Assembly: GCF_040938485.1 (NCBI RefSeq)
Contig: NW_027271721.1
Coordinates: forward strand, 1,550,001-1,614,000
DNA length: 64,000 bases
From: Diadema antillarum
Taxonomy: Eukaryota
Direction: 5' to 3'
How positions within the stretch are numbered: position 1 is the first letter of the stretch; each line of letters opens with the position of its first letter. Under the pieces are notes generated by a model. The model did not search any database and was not told the DNA's origin. It was given only the letters and a program-made list of their open reading frames with translations. Below, one piece after another: positions 1 through 13,250 of this stretch. Made by a program: the position numbers and the translations under genes.

Positions 1-426
1 ATGATTCACTGTCAATCTTAGCAGTCACATCAGGCCCATGTTAAATATATTGCACTTGGTGATGCCTGAAATCTATCAGGGTCTTGAGTGCAGACTAAGT
101 GTCCTGTACAGAAGCGTCCCCTACATGAATCCTGTAGAATTCAATAAGGATAGCCTGCAGCAGTGCCCTGCTCACTCACACAGCTTCTACAAGAGAGTGA
201 GCAAGAGGGGTGCTCCTTCCCATTCAAATGCACCGCTGCGTGACTTGTTCTCTTGCATCCACTGCAGGGCAGGGATCGTCCAATAATTGAATGTCGCTCG
301 CTCGTTGCCCGTGCTGCTGCCCCATACATTATCTCATGCCCATATGTCTGACGTGTGCTTAGCCTGCCGCGCCTCTCTCCGGTGGCTCACTATAGGAGTG
401 AGGGAGTGAAATTTCTCCCTGTGCAT

Positions 427-456
427 CACACACGCACACGCACACCCACATCCACA

Positions 457-510
<54 letters not shown>
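427..510. repeat. (CA)n microsatellite
   Basis: Direct reading; it produces the spurious VCVC ORFs at 334-625. Confidence 0.95.
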
Positions 511-512
<2 letters not shown>

Positions 513-957
513 TCCTCACACTGCGTAAGTAATAGCCGGTGAGCGCTCGTGCTGCAAATTACGCATTCAAATGAGATTGTTGCGATTGGAAGGTTTGTGC
601 GTTGGCACGTATGTCTGTCTGCCACCAGTTGGTCTTCATATTGTGACTAGAGAATAGACAGGAGGCAACTCTCACACAATAGCCCCATCCCTCTGAATGC
701 GGCGGTTGACAATAGGCGTGTCATCCTTCAGAAGCCAAATCCTATTTGAGTTTTTATGCGGCAAGGTTACAGACAAGTCCCTCTTAAAACTCAGAAAAGA
801 AAACTATCAGAGAAACCTTCATCCTGCCATTTTGGAGAAGGTCGGCTGGGGGCTAAGCCAGGAGGAGGCGTTGGAGTCGTCGGCTGGCTCCTTCTCTCAC
901 CCGCATCGCTGCATCTCTTGTCATCTCATCTCTCCAGTGTGGGTTTCCTTTCCCAGC

Positions 958-1061
958 ATCACTTGGTAGGCATTTAGAATTCCATCTATCATCTGGACAG
1001 ATTCCTGAGGAGCACATTAGCTGAGGAGAACCTGATCGAGGGAATTCCTTCAGTGTGTCAG
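958..1061 (+). other. Candidate upstream (probably non-coding) exon of a + strand host gene; 5' boundary uncertain
   Basis: Consensus donor CAG|GTGAGT at 1061/1062, at the end of a relatively GC/CpG-rich stretch (~240-1060). Possible acceptors at ~938, ~957 and 977. No in-frame ATG. Confidence 0.3.
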
Positions 1062-3609
1062 GTGAGTCTCACTACAATATGGTAATCTTGTGATTGTATT
1101 CATTGTGATGCATTCTGTTTCAGTGCTATGTGTATACAATCATCATGTTTCATCGTTCACTGTTTGTTTGCTTATGGTGCTAGTTTCAAGCAGGGAGGTG
1201 GAAGAAGTCTTCCACCTCCCTGTTTCAAGGTTGTGTAGTCTGAATACAACGAGGATGTGCCATATTTATCCTGTTTTATGCGTATTAAATGTTATCTTCG
1301 CAATTACAATGACCTTAATGTGATGTACTACGCATTTGTGACGGTGATATCCCCTAGGGCCTGTTCTGATCAACATCAACTTATGACTTATACTGTACTT
1401 CCAGAAATAGGCAGGATATTAAATCAGTGCTTTGATGAGAACAAACAGTGAAGAGTTTAGTTTACTGTGTTTATATATAGGGATGCGATCCAGCAAGTGC
1501 TCACAGTTTCAGACAAGTTTGGGCAGATTTTTGGAGCACTGGAAAGTGCGTGTCTTTGTTACAATTTTGTTAAATTCTCCAGATGTATTCATGTATCAGC
1601 GTAAGGTAAGAGTTGCTAGTAATTGCCCTTTTATGAAGGCAGCTTCTAGTATGTTAATTCCCATTGCCTTTAGTAGCCTAGCTGTCACAGTACTATTGGC
1701 CAACCAGGGTACAAGCATTATTCATTAGTGGACCAACAGGAGGGGGCCACTACCATACTCTGGGGGCAGTAATTAAGAAGTTCAGCATTTGCATAAACTC
1801 TCATTGATTTTTCCTGCACCAAAGGCTTGTTGTCGTTGCCTGGCCACTTTTGAGCCCGGATAAATTGATTGTCATTCTTTGCTCCTTATATGCATTTAGA
1901 GTATCTCCCCTCCCCCTCTCCCTCCCCCCCCCCCCCCACTCAGTCTGTCCCAGAATATATGTCAATATTTCCCCCATCACTGATGCCATTTGTCTTTCCA
2001 TCATCCTGTTCTCATTTGTCTATGAAGATGCTAAGTTTGTATGCACTGGAATATATAATACTTCAGCACAGCTGTATGTGTATATACTGAGACTGCTATT
2101 ATCTGTTCCTCTCTCCCTCTCTCACTCCCCCCCCCCCTCCATCCCTTGGACCTATATCAGAATAGCTTTGCTATGGATATGTCATGGATATATTGATTTA
2201 TGACATTAATTTGCCCCCTGCCTTGTCACCCACCAAAATGTTGGTAGTATACCGGTATAGGGTGGTATACTTTTCATCTCCATCTCCCATGTCTGTTCTC
2301 CTCCTCCCATTCTCCTGTCTTGGGATGTCTCCTATCCCCCCCCCCTCCCCCCCCCCCCCCACCACCCCCATCTCTCTGTCTGTTTCTAAATGTCTAATGT
2401 CAATATCTTATGCCCTGTCACTGTGTTTGATCTATACCTCACTGCCTGCCTGGATGTCTTCCTTTCTCCAACATCTCCCTCTCTTCTCCCTCACTCACTC
2501 AATCATCTCCCTCCATCTCTCCTTCCAACTTCTCCCTTCTGTCCCCCCTTTTTTTTCTCTCATACATTTTTGTTTCATGGGAAAGTATCCTCTAAGAGGT
2601 CTACTCTGAATTAAAGCATATCACAATGTGACAAATGAATGCAAATCTGAAGGTGAAGGATACCATCTGTATGTTTATGGTAGAAAATTACGACTACTTA
2701 GATTCAATGTTCCAGTCTGATCATATGACCATGTCTTCACATGTATGGCACTGCTCACCTTGTTAGTATGAATATGATATGATTGTTGCTAATTTCCATT
2801 TGCTTTCAAATGGTTTTTATGACTCTGATATGAGGTGTGACATAGAGAGTCAGTATCTTTTTAAAATCTATACAAAAATGAAAACAAACAATTCTGTTAT
2901 TGTTTCCATGAAAATGGATAAATGTTTTGTACTTATAAGACATCACATAATGATGGGTACTTTCAGGTATCTGTATGATGGGATGATTATGGCCATAAAT
3001 GTTTTCTTATCTGCCCAAATTTCTTGCATGTTTCTACCAATTGATGTTTTCCTCATCTCTTAAAAGTTTGTTTTTGCCTCTATCTAGGGCACTTATATGC
3101 CTTTTAAAATGACAATTGCAATTTGCACCATATCAAATTGAATTACATTTTCTGGGCATTATGGCTCTCCCTGCAGCAGACATTGTCAAGTTGTTTTCAT
3201 CCAAACAGACCCAAAGTAATTCAACACCCTCGCAGACGACCTGCGCCATAAATCGCCATGACAACCATGAGGCCCAATATGCTAGCTTTACTGCCTCGGG
3301 TAACTGCTAGAAATACTCAATTTAATGCACTGACACAGGTATAGAGCATACTGCTTGAAATAATTGTTGCCACTGGCCAATTCACATTCAAAGTAGGATG
3401 TGTTTATCTGTACTGCAAGGGTAAATGCAGCCAGTGTGTTGAGCGAGAAACATGACATAGAAAGTTTTACAAAGCTTAATGCTTCCCAATTGAAAGCACT
3501 AGTTTGACTTCTTGCACTTCACATTGCCAGGCCATATTTCGTATATCTTCTTTAGTGATTGATTTTCATGATGATTAAAGGTTTTGAAGATCAATGAGGA
3601 ACATCCTAA

Positions 3610-3693
3610 CCCATTGAAGACAATTCCCGGGTATACTCAGGCAGGTGTCTATGGGAAACATGTGTTATAGCAAAATGAGCTCATCCTAGAGGG
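3610..3693. mobile_element. Degenerate copy of the 85-bp TTAA/CCC-ended mini-MITE
   Basis: CCCATTGAAGAC...GGGTATACTCAGGCAGGTGTCTATGGGAAA...GCAAAATGAG is a diverged reverse-complement copy of 37738-37822. Confidence 0.7.
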
Positions 3694-3816
3694 ATGACTG
3701 GCTGAGATCAGTGTTTCATGACACAAGATAACTCGTACTTAAATGGATGCAGGACAAGGAATTATCCATGTTTTAGGCACTGATTATAAAAATATTCCCT
3801 ACAGAAATCTTCTTAA

Positions 3817-4386
3817 AGGACAAGTTCACCTTCATAAACATAAGGATTGAGAGAATGTAGCAATATTAGTAAAACACATCATTGAAAGTTTGAGGAAAAT
3901 CAGACAATCCGTTCAAAAGTAATGAATTTTTGAAGTTTTTGTGCAGTACCCGCTGGATGAGAAGACTACTGCAGTGTATGAATAACTTAGATGTCACATG
4001 CGTACAACGATATAAGGAAAATATAAAGAGAATTTCACAAAATTCCATCTTTTGAAAAAAGTACACATTCCCCTGACTCGTTACCGATAAATGTTATGGG
4101 TAATATTATTCCCCCCTGCCTTTAGAAAGAGGCAAGTCAATTGCCCTTTTATTATGCGAAAAAAGTGAAAATATGTTGAATTTTCTTTTATATTTTCTTT
4201 ATACTGTTGTACGCATATGACTCACAAGCTGTAGTAGTCTCCTCATCCAGCGGTTCCAACACAAAAATTTAAAAAATTCATAACTTTTGCATCGATTGTC
4301 CAATTTTCCTCAAACTTTCACTGATGTGTTCTACTAATATTGTTGCATTTTCTCAATCCTTATGTTTATGAAGGTGAACTTGTCCT
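3817..4386. mobile_element. Kolobok-type (ANGEL-like) MITE, ~570 bp
   Basis: TTAA flanks at 3813-3816 and 4387-4390. Long TIRs AGGACAAGTTCACCTTCATAAACATAAGGATTGAGA / TCTCAATCCTTATGTTTATGAAGGTGAACTTGTCCT. A TTAA TSD with AG..CT ends is typical of Kolobok elements. Confidence 0.85.
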
Positions 4387-5578
4387 TTAATGAAAAATCC
4401 TGTTTCAAAGCAAACTTTATTATTCATTTTGTAGTAAAATATTTCTTTTGTGCACTGCAGGTATCATTTGTCAACATGAATTGAATGAACAGTGCCCCAT
4501 TATTAGAATCCATGGAAATCCCACCCAGCTTCTATTAAAAGCACACCCTTTATTCATATTGCACCCCAAAGAAATATTGTTGGGTGATTGATGAAGAACT
4601 GGGTCATCTTTTGGCATTCCATTCAGGCATGGCTGTAACTGAAATACCCTGTGCACACCATAAAATTCAGTGCTCTACTCACATTCCTCAAGTGACATTA
4701 AATAACAAAAGACATGTATTCCATGGTCATGTTGTCTTTAAGTTTCTTAACCCACTGAGGCTGAGCTGATTTTGCTATAACACACATTTCCCATAGACAC
4801 CTGCCTGAGCATACTTGGGGACAAGCCTTCAACAGGTTAAATGAAGGTTTGCATGAGGAAGAGAAAAAAAAAAACACGCACACCAGGATACCATGATATC
4901 TTAGACATCATTTATATCACTGCTCTCTTTTATATCTATTGCATAAAAGAAATGTAAAATAATATGTTTTAATTCAAAAACATATCTCACGCAACAGAGT
5001 GTAACTGTGAGATCTATATATTATAGGAGGGATGCTGGAATATATGACAAGTTCATTTATTTTTATTTCTTTTCAATTGAAAAGATAATTAGATAAATCC
5101 TGACAAGAAAAACGGTCTACGAATACACTGTTATTACCTTGTCCCTCGTAATCAGGATTAATTGGGTACACATTGCCTTCAATTAACTCGTATTGCTCTC
5201 ATAACTACTGCAGTGATATGCTGCCACTTTTAATTGATGCAGGGTATATGAGCCTATGTCCTTGCTCTAGCTTTAGGCCATGATGTAAAGAAAGAAAAGA
5301 ACACAGAGTGCCAGAGGAGACAGACAAGCAATACAGAACACAGCTACTGTGGGGGCCAGGCAGGAACTCTGAGAAAGGCTGAGGGGAATTTTTGACTTGC
5401 AAAACATTCCCCGCCGGTTTCGCAATGTTGGCATCGTTTCAAGATTTGTACCCACAATTCAGTGATGTCAGTACAATGTTTCCTCCAACTAATTCATACA
5501 GATATTCACTTTTCAGATAAATGATAAACCTCACCATTCAGAGATACTAGTGTAATACTGCCACAATGACCATTTTAA

Positions 5579-6555
5579 CCCTATTAAGCCCAAGCTATTT
5601 TGACTCCTCGCAGGCCCAAGGGGGGGCACATTGTGCCCCCCCTATAGAACTTTTTTATTATTTGATGTATCATCGTCATATTTGGCACGTGGGTAGAGTA
5701 ACTCATACTCTACATGACCGTACATTTGAGTTTTCACAAGGTAACCCATGGAGGGCGCTATTTATAAAAATATAAAGAAATACATAGGAAATATGCTAAA
5801 AACATGATTTTTCGGTATAATTTCTTTATCCCCATTATATATGTCTTATTATAGACCAATCATTTTCATATTTGCCACAAATGATAAGCAAGTGGAATTT
5901 TATTAGTTGTTATGTTTGAAATTTCTCAAGGTCACCACATGGGGGCGCTATTCATATCAACATAGTGATACATTATGAGACCTGAGATGAAATGTTTGGG
6001 ATTGGAACATGTATAGTTATAACATTTCATATTTGCATAATAGTGGAATTTTGAGATTGCAAATTAATAATATGATAAACTAATTATATTAGAGGCATAA
6101 CTTGGGTGAAGGAATCAAAATAACTCAAAATATAAGGGCAATCTGTAGAAAATATTATTGTTTTCAATTATCTGTATTATATCTATTGTTTTATGCCTTT
6201 GTCACATAAAAACAAAGGAAATAATAAGAAAAACTTTCCAGGACCATAATTACTTCAAATTTTGCTTCTTCAACAAATTTCAGCCAAGAAACATCCATTT
6301 CATACACTGTAATGCTATTAAATGAAATGGGAACAGAAAAAAGATGCAAAATCTGACTGACATGGTTGTCAGTTTATGGTTGCCATGGCAACCAGCAACA
6401 TCAAATATAGCTAAATTATATATCAAAATGTTCGCAATAAGATTTTAGGAAAAGTCACCAAATTTGGTTGAAATCGGATTAAGGACGAAGGAGTGGCAAA
6501 CGAAAATCTGGTAGGGGGGGGGGGCACAATGTGCCCCCCCTTGGGCTTTACAGGG
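5579..6555. mobile_element. Non-autonomous piggyBac-like DNA transposon, 977 bp
   Basis: TTAA|CCCTATTAAGCCC ... GGGCTTTACAGGG|TTAA. A subterminal palindrome GGGGGGCACA(T/A)TGTGCCCCCC occurs near both ends (~5620-5642 and ~6516-6541). No transposase ORF. Confidence 0.8.
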
Positions 6556-6906
6556 TTAATGGAAATGTAGTTTCTGAAGACATCAATGCGAACAATAAGA
6601 TATTGTGTATCCTGCAAGTATGTATAACAAACTGATGCTGCATACGTTAGCTTGTTTTGTTTTTCCTCTACATTTGTTCTCCTTGCCAAGCTTATCACAA
6701 TTTCTAAGCAGAATGGATTTGTCAGATGCTAAGGCCAATGTTGCACATACTCTTGCTATTTACCACATCTCTAAGCCATACCCCCACCCCTCTTCTCCCC
6801 TCCCCTCCCCCCTCCCCCACAAAGGTGGACCTGCCACATAGTTTTCCATTTCGTTAACATAGCTTTTCCATTTTAAAGAGAAGTATGATCACTACTACTT
6901 ATCTAA

Positions 6907-7760
6907 AGGAGAATGAAACCCAAAATTATTATACACAGTTTGTAGATTGAGTGATGCAGCAATATTAGTTGGACCCTCTTGTTTTTCTTCGCTATAATGT
7001 TATTTGTTATCGGTTGCCAAACAGTCAAGCGTTGTGCTTATTATTGGCAATCGTTCTGTATGCAAATTATTAACATGTTACTCATGTAATTATACTACAG
7101 ATGTATTGCATAATTGATGAAAATGATGAAAATTGTATAAAGTATACTACCGATATTTTGTACTTTGTTAATGAAATTGCAGAAAGTTGATGTATCTGAA
7201 AAAAAAAATGGCATACAGAGAATAAATAAATCAAATCAAATCAAATCAAATCAAATTAGTAGAAACATTAGTGAAGTTTGAGGAAAATTTGACAATCCTT
7301 TCAAAAGCAATGCTTTTATAAAGTTTTGGTGCCACCCTCACTGGATGAAAAGACTGGATACAACACTTTGTGGCATCATGTATGGACAATGATAAAGAAA
7401 ATATTTAAAGAGAATTTGACAGAACTTCATTTGTGTGAAAGTTTACATTACCTCAACTTATTACTGACATGTGTTCAGGGTACTATTATTCTCTCTGTTT
7501 TCTGACAGAGGTAAGTCAAGTTCTTTTTCATCGTGCTAGGAAACAGAAATATGTTGAATTCTCTGTATATTTTCTTTATATGATTGTCCACCAGTGATAT
7601 CATGAACATACTTATTTTCTTTTTTTCTAGCACCAAAACTTTAAAAAGTCATAACTTTTGAATGGATTGTGTGATTTCCCTAAAACTGATGTGTTCTACT
7701 AATATTGCTCAATTCACTAAATCCACATACAGTATGATATTTCCAAGGTTTTGCTCCCTT
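6907..7760. mobile_element. Degenerate Kolobok-type MITE interrupted by a retro-insertion
   Basis: Left end AGGAGAATGAAACC...GCAGCAATATTAGT; the sequence resumes at 7255 matching the 3817/27035 family; right end GGTTTTGCTCCCTT|TTAA. Confidence 0.7.
6970..7254 (+). mobile_element. 5'-truncated non-LTR retroelement 3' end with (TCAAA)n tail
   Basis: Ends AATAAATAAA(TCAAA)5 and is flanked by a duplicated ATTAGT (6964-6969, 7255-7260). Removing it restores the MITE sequence. Confidence 0.65.
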
Positions 7761-8388
7761 TTAAGACTTGTACATTTCTCTAATGGGCTTTAGTGTAAAT
7801 TATGCTACAAGGCATATCCATGTTATAAGTTTAGAGACCTTAACAAAGAAAGTCTGAAAAATAGACTATCAAGTTTTGTTTTCATCCAGAGTTCGTGGCA
7901 AGAAAAACACAGGAAGTGTCACAGGAGGTAACTCCTTGCTCAGCAGTACATTGCAGCGATGTTGCAAAGTTAATGACCTCAGTAACATAATATTGCCAAT
8001 CCCACTTTAACATTTAATATAGGCAGTAGGATATTCAAACTTCATATTTTACAAGGATTATGTGCATTCAGTGAAATTAGCCTTTCTTGAGATAAATTTA
8101 GTAAAATCAGAGGAACAGGTTTGTGGAAATGAAAATGTAATTTATTAATTTATAAACTTTCAAGATAGCAAGCACAGGTAGATGCTAGAAAAGACACGTG
8201 ATTAAGGATCTAATGGATCTCTTGGCTCAATGAGTACTATGCTGTTTGCATGTGACATAAGATGGCATGTGATAAGAATGAATAATCATTGGTATCCATA
8301 AGCTCAGTGTTCTGAATCTAATGCTTTGATTTCTCCCTCGTTTGAATGAACACTAAGAACTTTAGCCTTCACTGTCTCACATGTCTAC

Positions 8389-8413
8389 ACGCACACACAC
8401 ACACACACACATA

Positions 8414-8462
<49 letters not shown>
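8389..8462. repeat. (AC)n microsatellite
   Basis: Direct reading. Confidence 0.95.
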
Positions 8463-8468
<6 letters not shown>

Positions 8469-10211
8469 ACAGAAACACACCTAAAGGAAAACCATTGTTT
8501 GGTATTGGAAGGACCTTTTGCCATAGATATGTTTTTCTACCGCTGAAGTCATATTGTGCCTGCACAAACACTGCCCAGCCTCCGGTGGTTCATTATGTCA
8601 TTCAGATTTCAGATTCATAGAGCTCCTTGTCATTTTGCTTTACTGATTGACAGCTAAAAGCTTTGCCTGTTTATAGACCCATTCCTTTGAATGAGAGCCC
8701 CTCCCCCCCCCCCCCCCCCACTCTCACTATGTCCACTTTCCCCTTGGTAGCCAGGTTTACTTGACATTTTATTTCAAGCCCCAAATCCATGTTTCCCTTC
8801 CTAATTGCAAAGAGTAAAAGTCTGGAGGTCTGGAAGGATTTTTGAATCTTGTTCTTGTTTACAATGATGTCATGTGGTAGGATTTAGGAGACAACTGTGC
8901 CTGGCACCCTTTCACAATCGTAAACTAATCTCTACATGCGGAGTTAGTATACTCCAACAAAAGAAAAATGTTTATTTCACTTCCTTAAGAAGATGATTGA
9001 CACATCCTTCCATTGAAATTATGTAACTGCACCTTTGTCAGAAACAAATACAGAATTTTGATATCTTCTGTCTCTATGGAAAGGCATGAAAAGTTGCTGC
9101 ACAAATTCAATGTCCAAAATATCTTAATAAGCCGTATTTCACTAGTGATAGACTGCAGTTACAAATTCATTTGATTATAAGTTCATATAGATATGCATAC
9201 CAATGCCAAAACAAAAACAAAAAAGCATAACACGCCTGCACATCAGACTAAGTTGGTCATGTGAAATGGGGGTAATAAGCCTGCTATAAATATTACCATC
9301 CACTCTCTTGGAAATAATTCCCTTCCTTGGTCAAGGTTAAGATGTTATTTTATGATATGGGGGAGCACTAAAAGCAATTAAAGGCATGCACTTACAAGGG
9401 AAGAACACAGGCTGCAATCAAAACAATAAGAATAAATTTATTTTGATATGAAATGACAGTGTGGCTGTCAAAATCAAGTTAATTTAAAACCCATGTAGTG
9501 TGAAAAAATATTTGATAGTTTCTAATTACGAGTACTCACATGATATGCAGGAAAACTAAGATATTTTTACTATATTAATCATTCTCTCTCAGGACATGGA
9601 TTCTTGATGTGATATCAAAGTTATGTGCTTTCAATTTTGTATTATTGTGAAAATTTTGACAGAGGTTAATTTCTTCATGTATAATGATGTCTTCCCGATG
9701 ATGATGTAAATTGTGCTTTTCCAACATTCTCTAGTGATTAACTCACCTAGGTTTGATTCTTTAAGAATTGAAAAATAAAACAACAGTATGATACATTGTT
9801 AGAAAATTTGTCAAGATGTTTGCATTAAGATTTATATGTACTTTTTAGTAGCTGGCTTGGATGAGGGATAAGCAAGAGTAAATTTGCTCAAGGTTTAATT
9901 GCTTCCTCGGCATTTATTTGAATATATTAAAAAGTCAAACATTACAGTGGCATACTTCCTGATGACTTGGCTCTTAATCATTGTTTTCCTGAATCTGTCT
10001 GCTCAAATTAGGGTTCAAATATCCTAATTAGTATCTTAGTCGATATGATATTATTAAGCATGAATAGTTATTTTTGGAATAGTGGAAATTTTGTATGCTA
10101 TAAAAAAAAAAGGTTTTTGCCATTAACTCTTTGTTTGCCCTGGCTACTGATTGGTACAGAAACCCTGTAGCATTATACACATTGTCCAAAGTCCCTGGCT
10201 CCGAAAAGGTT

Positions 10212-10460
10212 AAAGTGGAACAAAACCAAAATAAATGTGTGGATTGAATGAATGCAACAATATCAGTAGAAGACATCAGCAGAGTTTAAGGAAAATTGGG
10301 CTATCCTTTGAAAAGTTATTAAAATTTCAATACAACCATTGCTGAGTGAGGAGGCAACTACAGTATGTGATTTCATGTATGCAAAACAATATAAGGAAAA
10401 TATATGGAGAAATCCACAAAATGTCATATTTTATTAAAAGTACATGTTCCTTTGACTTAG
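10212..10460. mobile_element. Partial, old copy of the Kolobok-type MITE family
   Basis: GAATGCAACAATATCAGTAGAAGACATCAGCAGAGTTTAAGGAAAATT...ACAATATAAGGAAAATAT resembles the left half of 3817-4386. Confidence 0.6.
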
Positions 10461-11414
10461 TCAATGGGTGCATAATTGTTTATATTGTTCACATGACAGA
10501 ATATTTTTAAAGAATACCAGTGTTGAAATGCATTTGAACATCTAAAATCAACAACCATTTATCTCCCATAATTCATTCCATTTACACTTGCATTTTCTAT
10601 GTTTTTTTTTTCTTTAAATGGGCACACATCTTCCAGCACAAAAGCAACGGACCTTTACTATATAGGCCCTACAAGTATTTCCTGAAATCTCTACACAAGC
10701 GTGATATCACAGCTTGTGACTTACATTGACATGATCCTAACCACGGACAAAAACAAATGCAAAACCAAAGCCAGAGACCAAAATAGCTCTCTCAGATGAG
10801 GACATGAGATGGGGAATATCCAAGCTGTCTGCTGCTATTGCATAAGCCTCTCATATGAGCTGCCAACACCAATGAAACCACAATGCAGTCAGACCATTCA
10901 ACTGATCAATACAAGGTCTAAAGATAGTACCACAGGGATCACTCGTGAAGGCTTCTCATTACCATGGTGATTTATCCAGAAATAACCGTGTGGAAGTCGC
11001 TCCAAAATATGCTGTGCAATTTTATCATGAAGGGAAAAAAATGGTTTGATGTTTACAGATTCACATGAATTTTAAAAAGTAAAGAGGCTATACTCAAGAG
11101 CAAAAAAGTCCACAGAATTCTGCATTGTAATAACATTACATTTTGTAATGCATAAAGTAGAGACACAGCATGAATGGTGTGTAGAAAGGGTGTATAGAGA
11201 TTTGATTTCTTTCATTCACAGAATTTTCAGAATTGCACAAGTACAGATTCAATTTAATTCAATTAATTTTCATATTTCTCATAAAATGTTACATTGTAAA
11301 ATAATATTTAAAGCCCAAATTATTGCACTATGACCATACAGCAATAGCAAAAGTATGTAGATTATATATACATTAAAGTTGTAGTGGTAACTTGGCAATA
11401 TGAAACGTACATGT

Positions 11415-11675
11415 TTGTTTGGTTTGGTTTGGTTTTATTTCCCGTCATAAAAAGCATACAATGAAATAACTTTACAAATATACAGAGTTTACAGAAATGC
11501 AATGTTATACAAACAAAAGAAAATTAACATCATTAAACAGTATGAGTGTGAGTTTACAAACAGAGAACCTAAACAATAATAACAAAGACAAAGTGATAGA
11601 TGAGATAGTGGAAAACGGCTTGAAGACCCATATTCAGCGACACTGTTGTAGAGTCACTGGTCTTCCATGGGGACC
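11415..11675 (-). mobile_element. Probable LINE 3' UTR fragment with (AAACC)n tail
   Basis: The - strand is T-rich and ends AAATAAAACCAAACCAAACCAAACAAAC. A hairpin CTGGTC-TTCCATGGG-GACCAG sits next to the (GAA)n tract, so orientation is not fully certain. Confidence 0.45.
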
Positions 11676-11750
11676 AGAAGAAGAAGAAGAAGAAGAAGAA
11701 GAAGAAGAAGAAGAAGAAGAAGAAGAAAAAGAAGAAGAAGAAAAAAAAAA
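11676..11750. repeat. (GAA)n microsatellite plus A-run
   Basis: Direct reading; it gives the poly-E and poly-F stretches in the overlapping ORFs. Confidence 0.95.
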
Positions 11751-11751
11751 G

Positions 11752-11934
11752 ATGTTGCATAATACACCGAGGACATTCCCAGCCAATAGACTGATGAGAT
11801 ATATCATTGTACAAATTTATTGGTACATTACTACAAGAAATATGAACCCATTGATCACATGATGTGCATAGAAGACCTTTTTGATTTGCTTTTACAGCAA
11901 GATTACATAAGACACAAGGATATTGTGTAACCAT
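11752..11934 (-). pseudogene. PHD-finger fragment, probably from a CR1/L2-group LINE
   Basis: YPCVLCNLAVKANQKGLLCTSCDQWVHISC...WECPRC fits the Cys4-His-Cys3 PHD pattern. It runs straight into a microsatellite and lies beside decayed LINE RT sequence. Confidence 0.7.
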
Positions 11935-12349
11935 ATTTGCCAGTTCAAATTCAAGACGAATGTGGATAAAAAAGGCCAAAAAAAAAAAAAAAATAGGAAA
12001 AAGAGAAAGAAAAGAAATATCAAAGAAACTACTTAATTGACATAAAAATTGCACAAATGTTTTAAATAATGGTTACAGTTGTACATATACTAGAAAAATA
12101 TAATGGGACCTACAGATAATCAAGCTTATTGAACTGTTGGCACCACCAAAAAAAATGGTATGCGTGAAAGAACAAGAGTTGATAACAATGATTAGACCAA
12201 TTATAATGATAGTATAAAAGAGATGAAAAGAAAAAATATATAGCAAAATAAAGGAGAACCACATCTCTGACCCATTCCATTTGTTTCTTCTTCAGAATAG
12301 GACATAATTTGTGTATTTTTTAATGCTGTAACATTAAAACTATATTCCT

Positions 12350-13250
12350 TTTTGACCAAAAAAAAAAGAGAAAAAGTTGATTCTCCAATAAGCAAGTGAT
12401 TGGGGCCTGCAAAGATGCTCTTGGTAGAGAAAAAAAAAATAGCTGTAGATTTGATGATGATGAATTCTGAGAGCATGATGGCCAAGCTTGGACTATGCTC
12501 ACCAGCATGTTGACAAGTCTAGAGGAGTGGGACAAAGATATACCAGCAATATGTTACCTAAGACATTGTAGACCTATTCAGTGTCCACAATATATCCATT
12601 GAGTAAAAGGTCTTTTAAATTTGATTTAAAGTAATATAAAGATTAGCAACTTGTTATTTGTGTGTGTGTGTGGGGGGGGGGGAACTTTCCTGTCCCTTGA
12701 CCCTGTATGTTACCATGTTTTGTTTCGTTTTGGTTTTGTTTTTGTTTTGTTTTTTTAGTATGGAAGCTGAAATTCATTAATCTGTCATAATGCTGTGAAT
12801 AAAAGTATTCTGAACATGTGAGCGTAAAAGCATCCAGCAGCCCTTTAGTGGAAAAATGAGACATAAATGATTATGCCAACATTGCAAGTAAGCAAATCTG
12901 TTGTTTTCATTATTTTTTTGTGAAGAATAGGTTTTTGATATCAAATAAGTATTCAGCATGGTTCATATTTCTTACAGTGCATATTTGGATACACCAAAGA
13001 ACATCAATTAGATTTTTATTGAGTGTTTTCCCTACAAGAATTCCACAATTGAAAACAGAATTATCAATGTTAAATAAACATTCAGCATAATTTGGCTAGG
13101 AAAAACATGTTTAAGTTTATTAAGAGTACTGATGTTCCTAGAAAGGATTATGACGTAGATATAGTTAACATGAGATTTCCAGGATAAGCTGTTATTAGTC
13201 AGAAGCCTCAGAAATTTTGCACAGTCAGCTTGGTTTGATCCCATGCCATT
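12350..13250 (-). pseudogene. Decayed LINE (CR1/L2-like) RT C-terminus and 3' UTR
   Basis: KFLRLLTNNSLSWKSHVNYI...LSRNISTLNKLKHVFPSQIMLNVY resembles the post-YADD region of CR1/L2-type RTs. A later frame gives LYYFKSNLKDLLL (~12580-12620), resembling the typical ORF2 end. Multiple frameshifts and stops. Confidence 0.7.

Noticed and set aside
1850-2614. Pro/Ser/Leu-rich ORFs
   Set aside because: They arise from pyrimidine-rich low-complexity DNA and poly-C runs.
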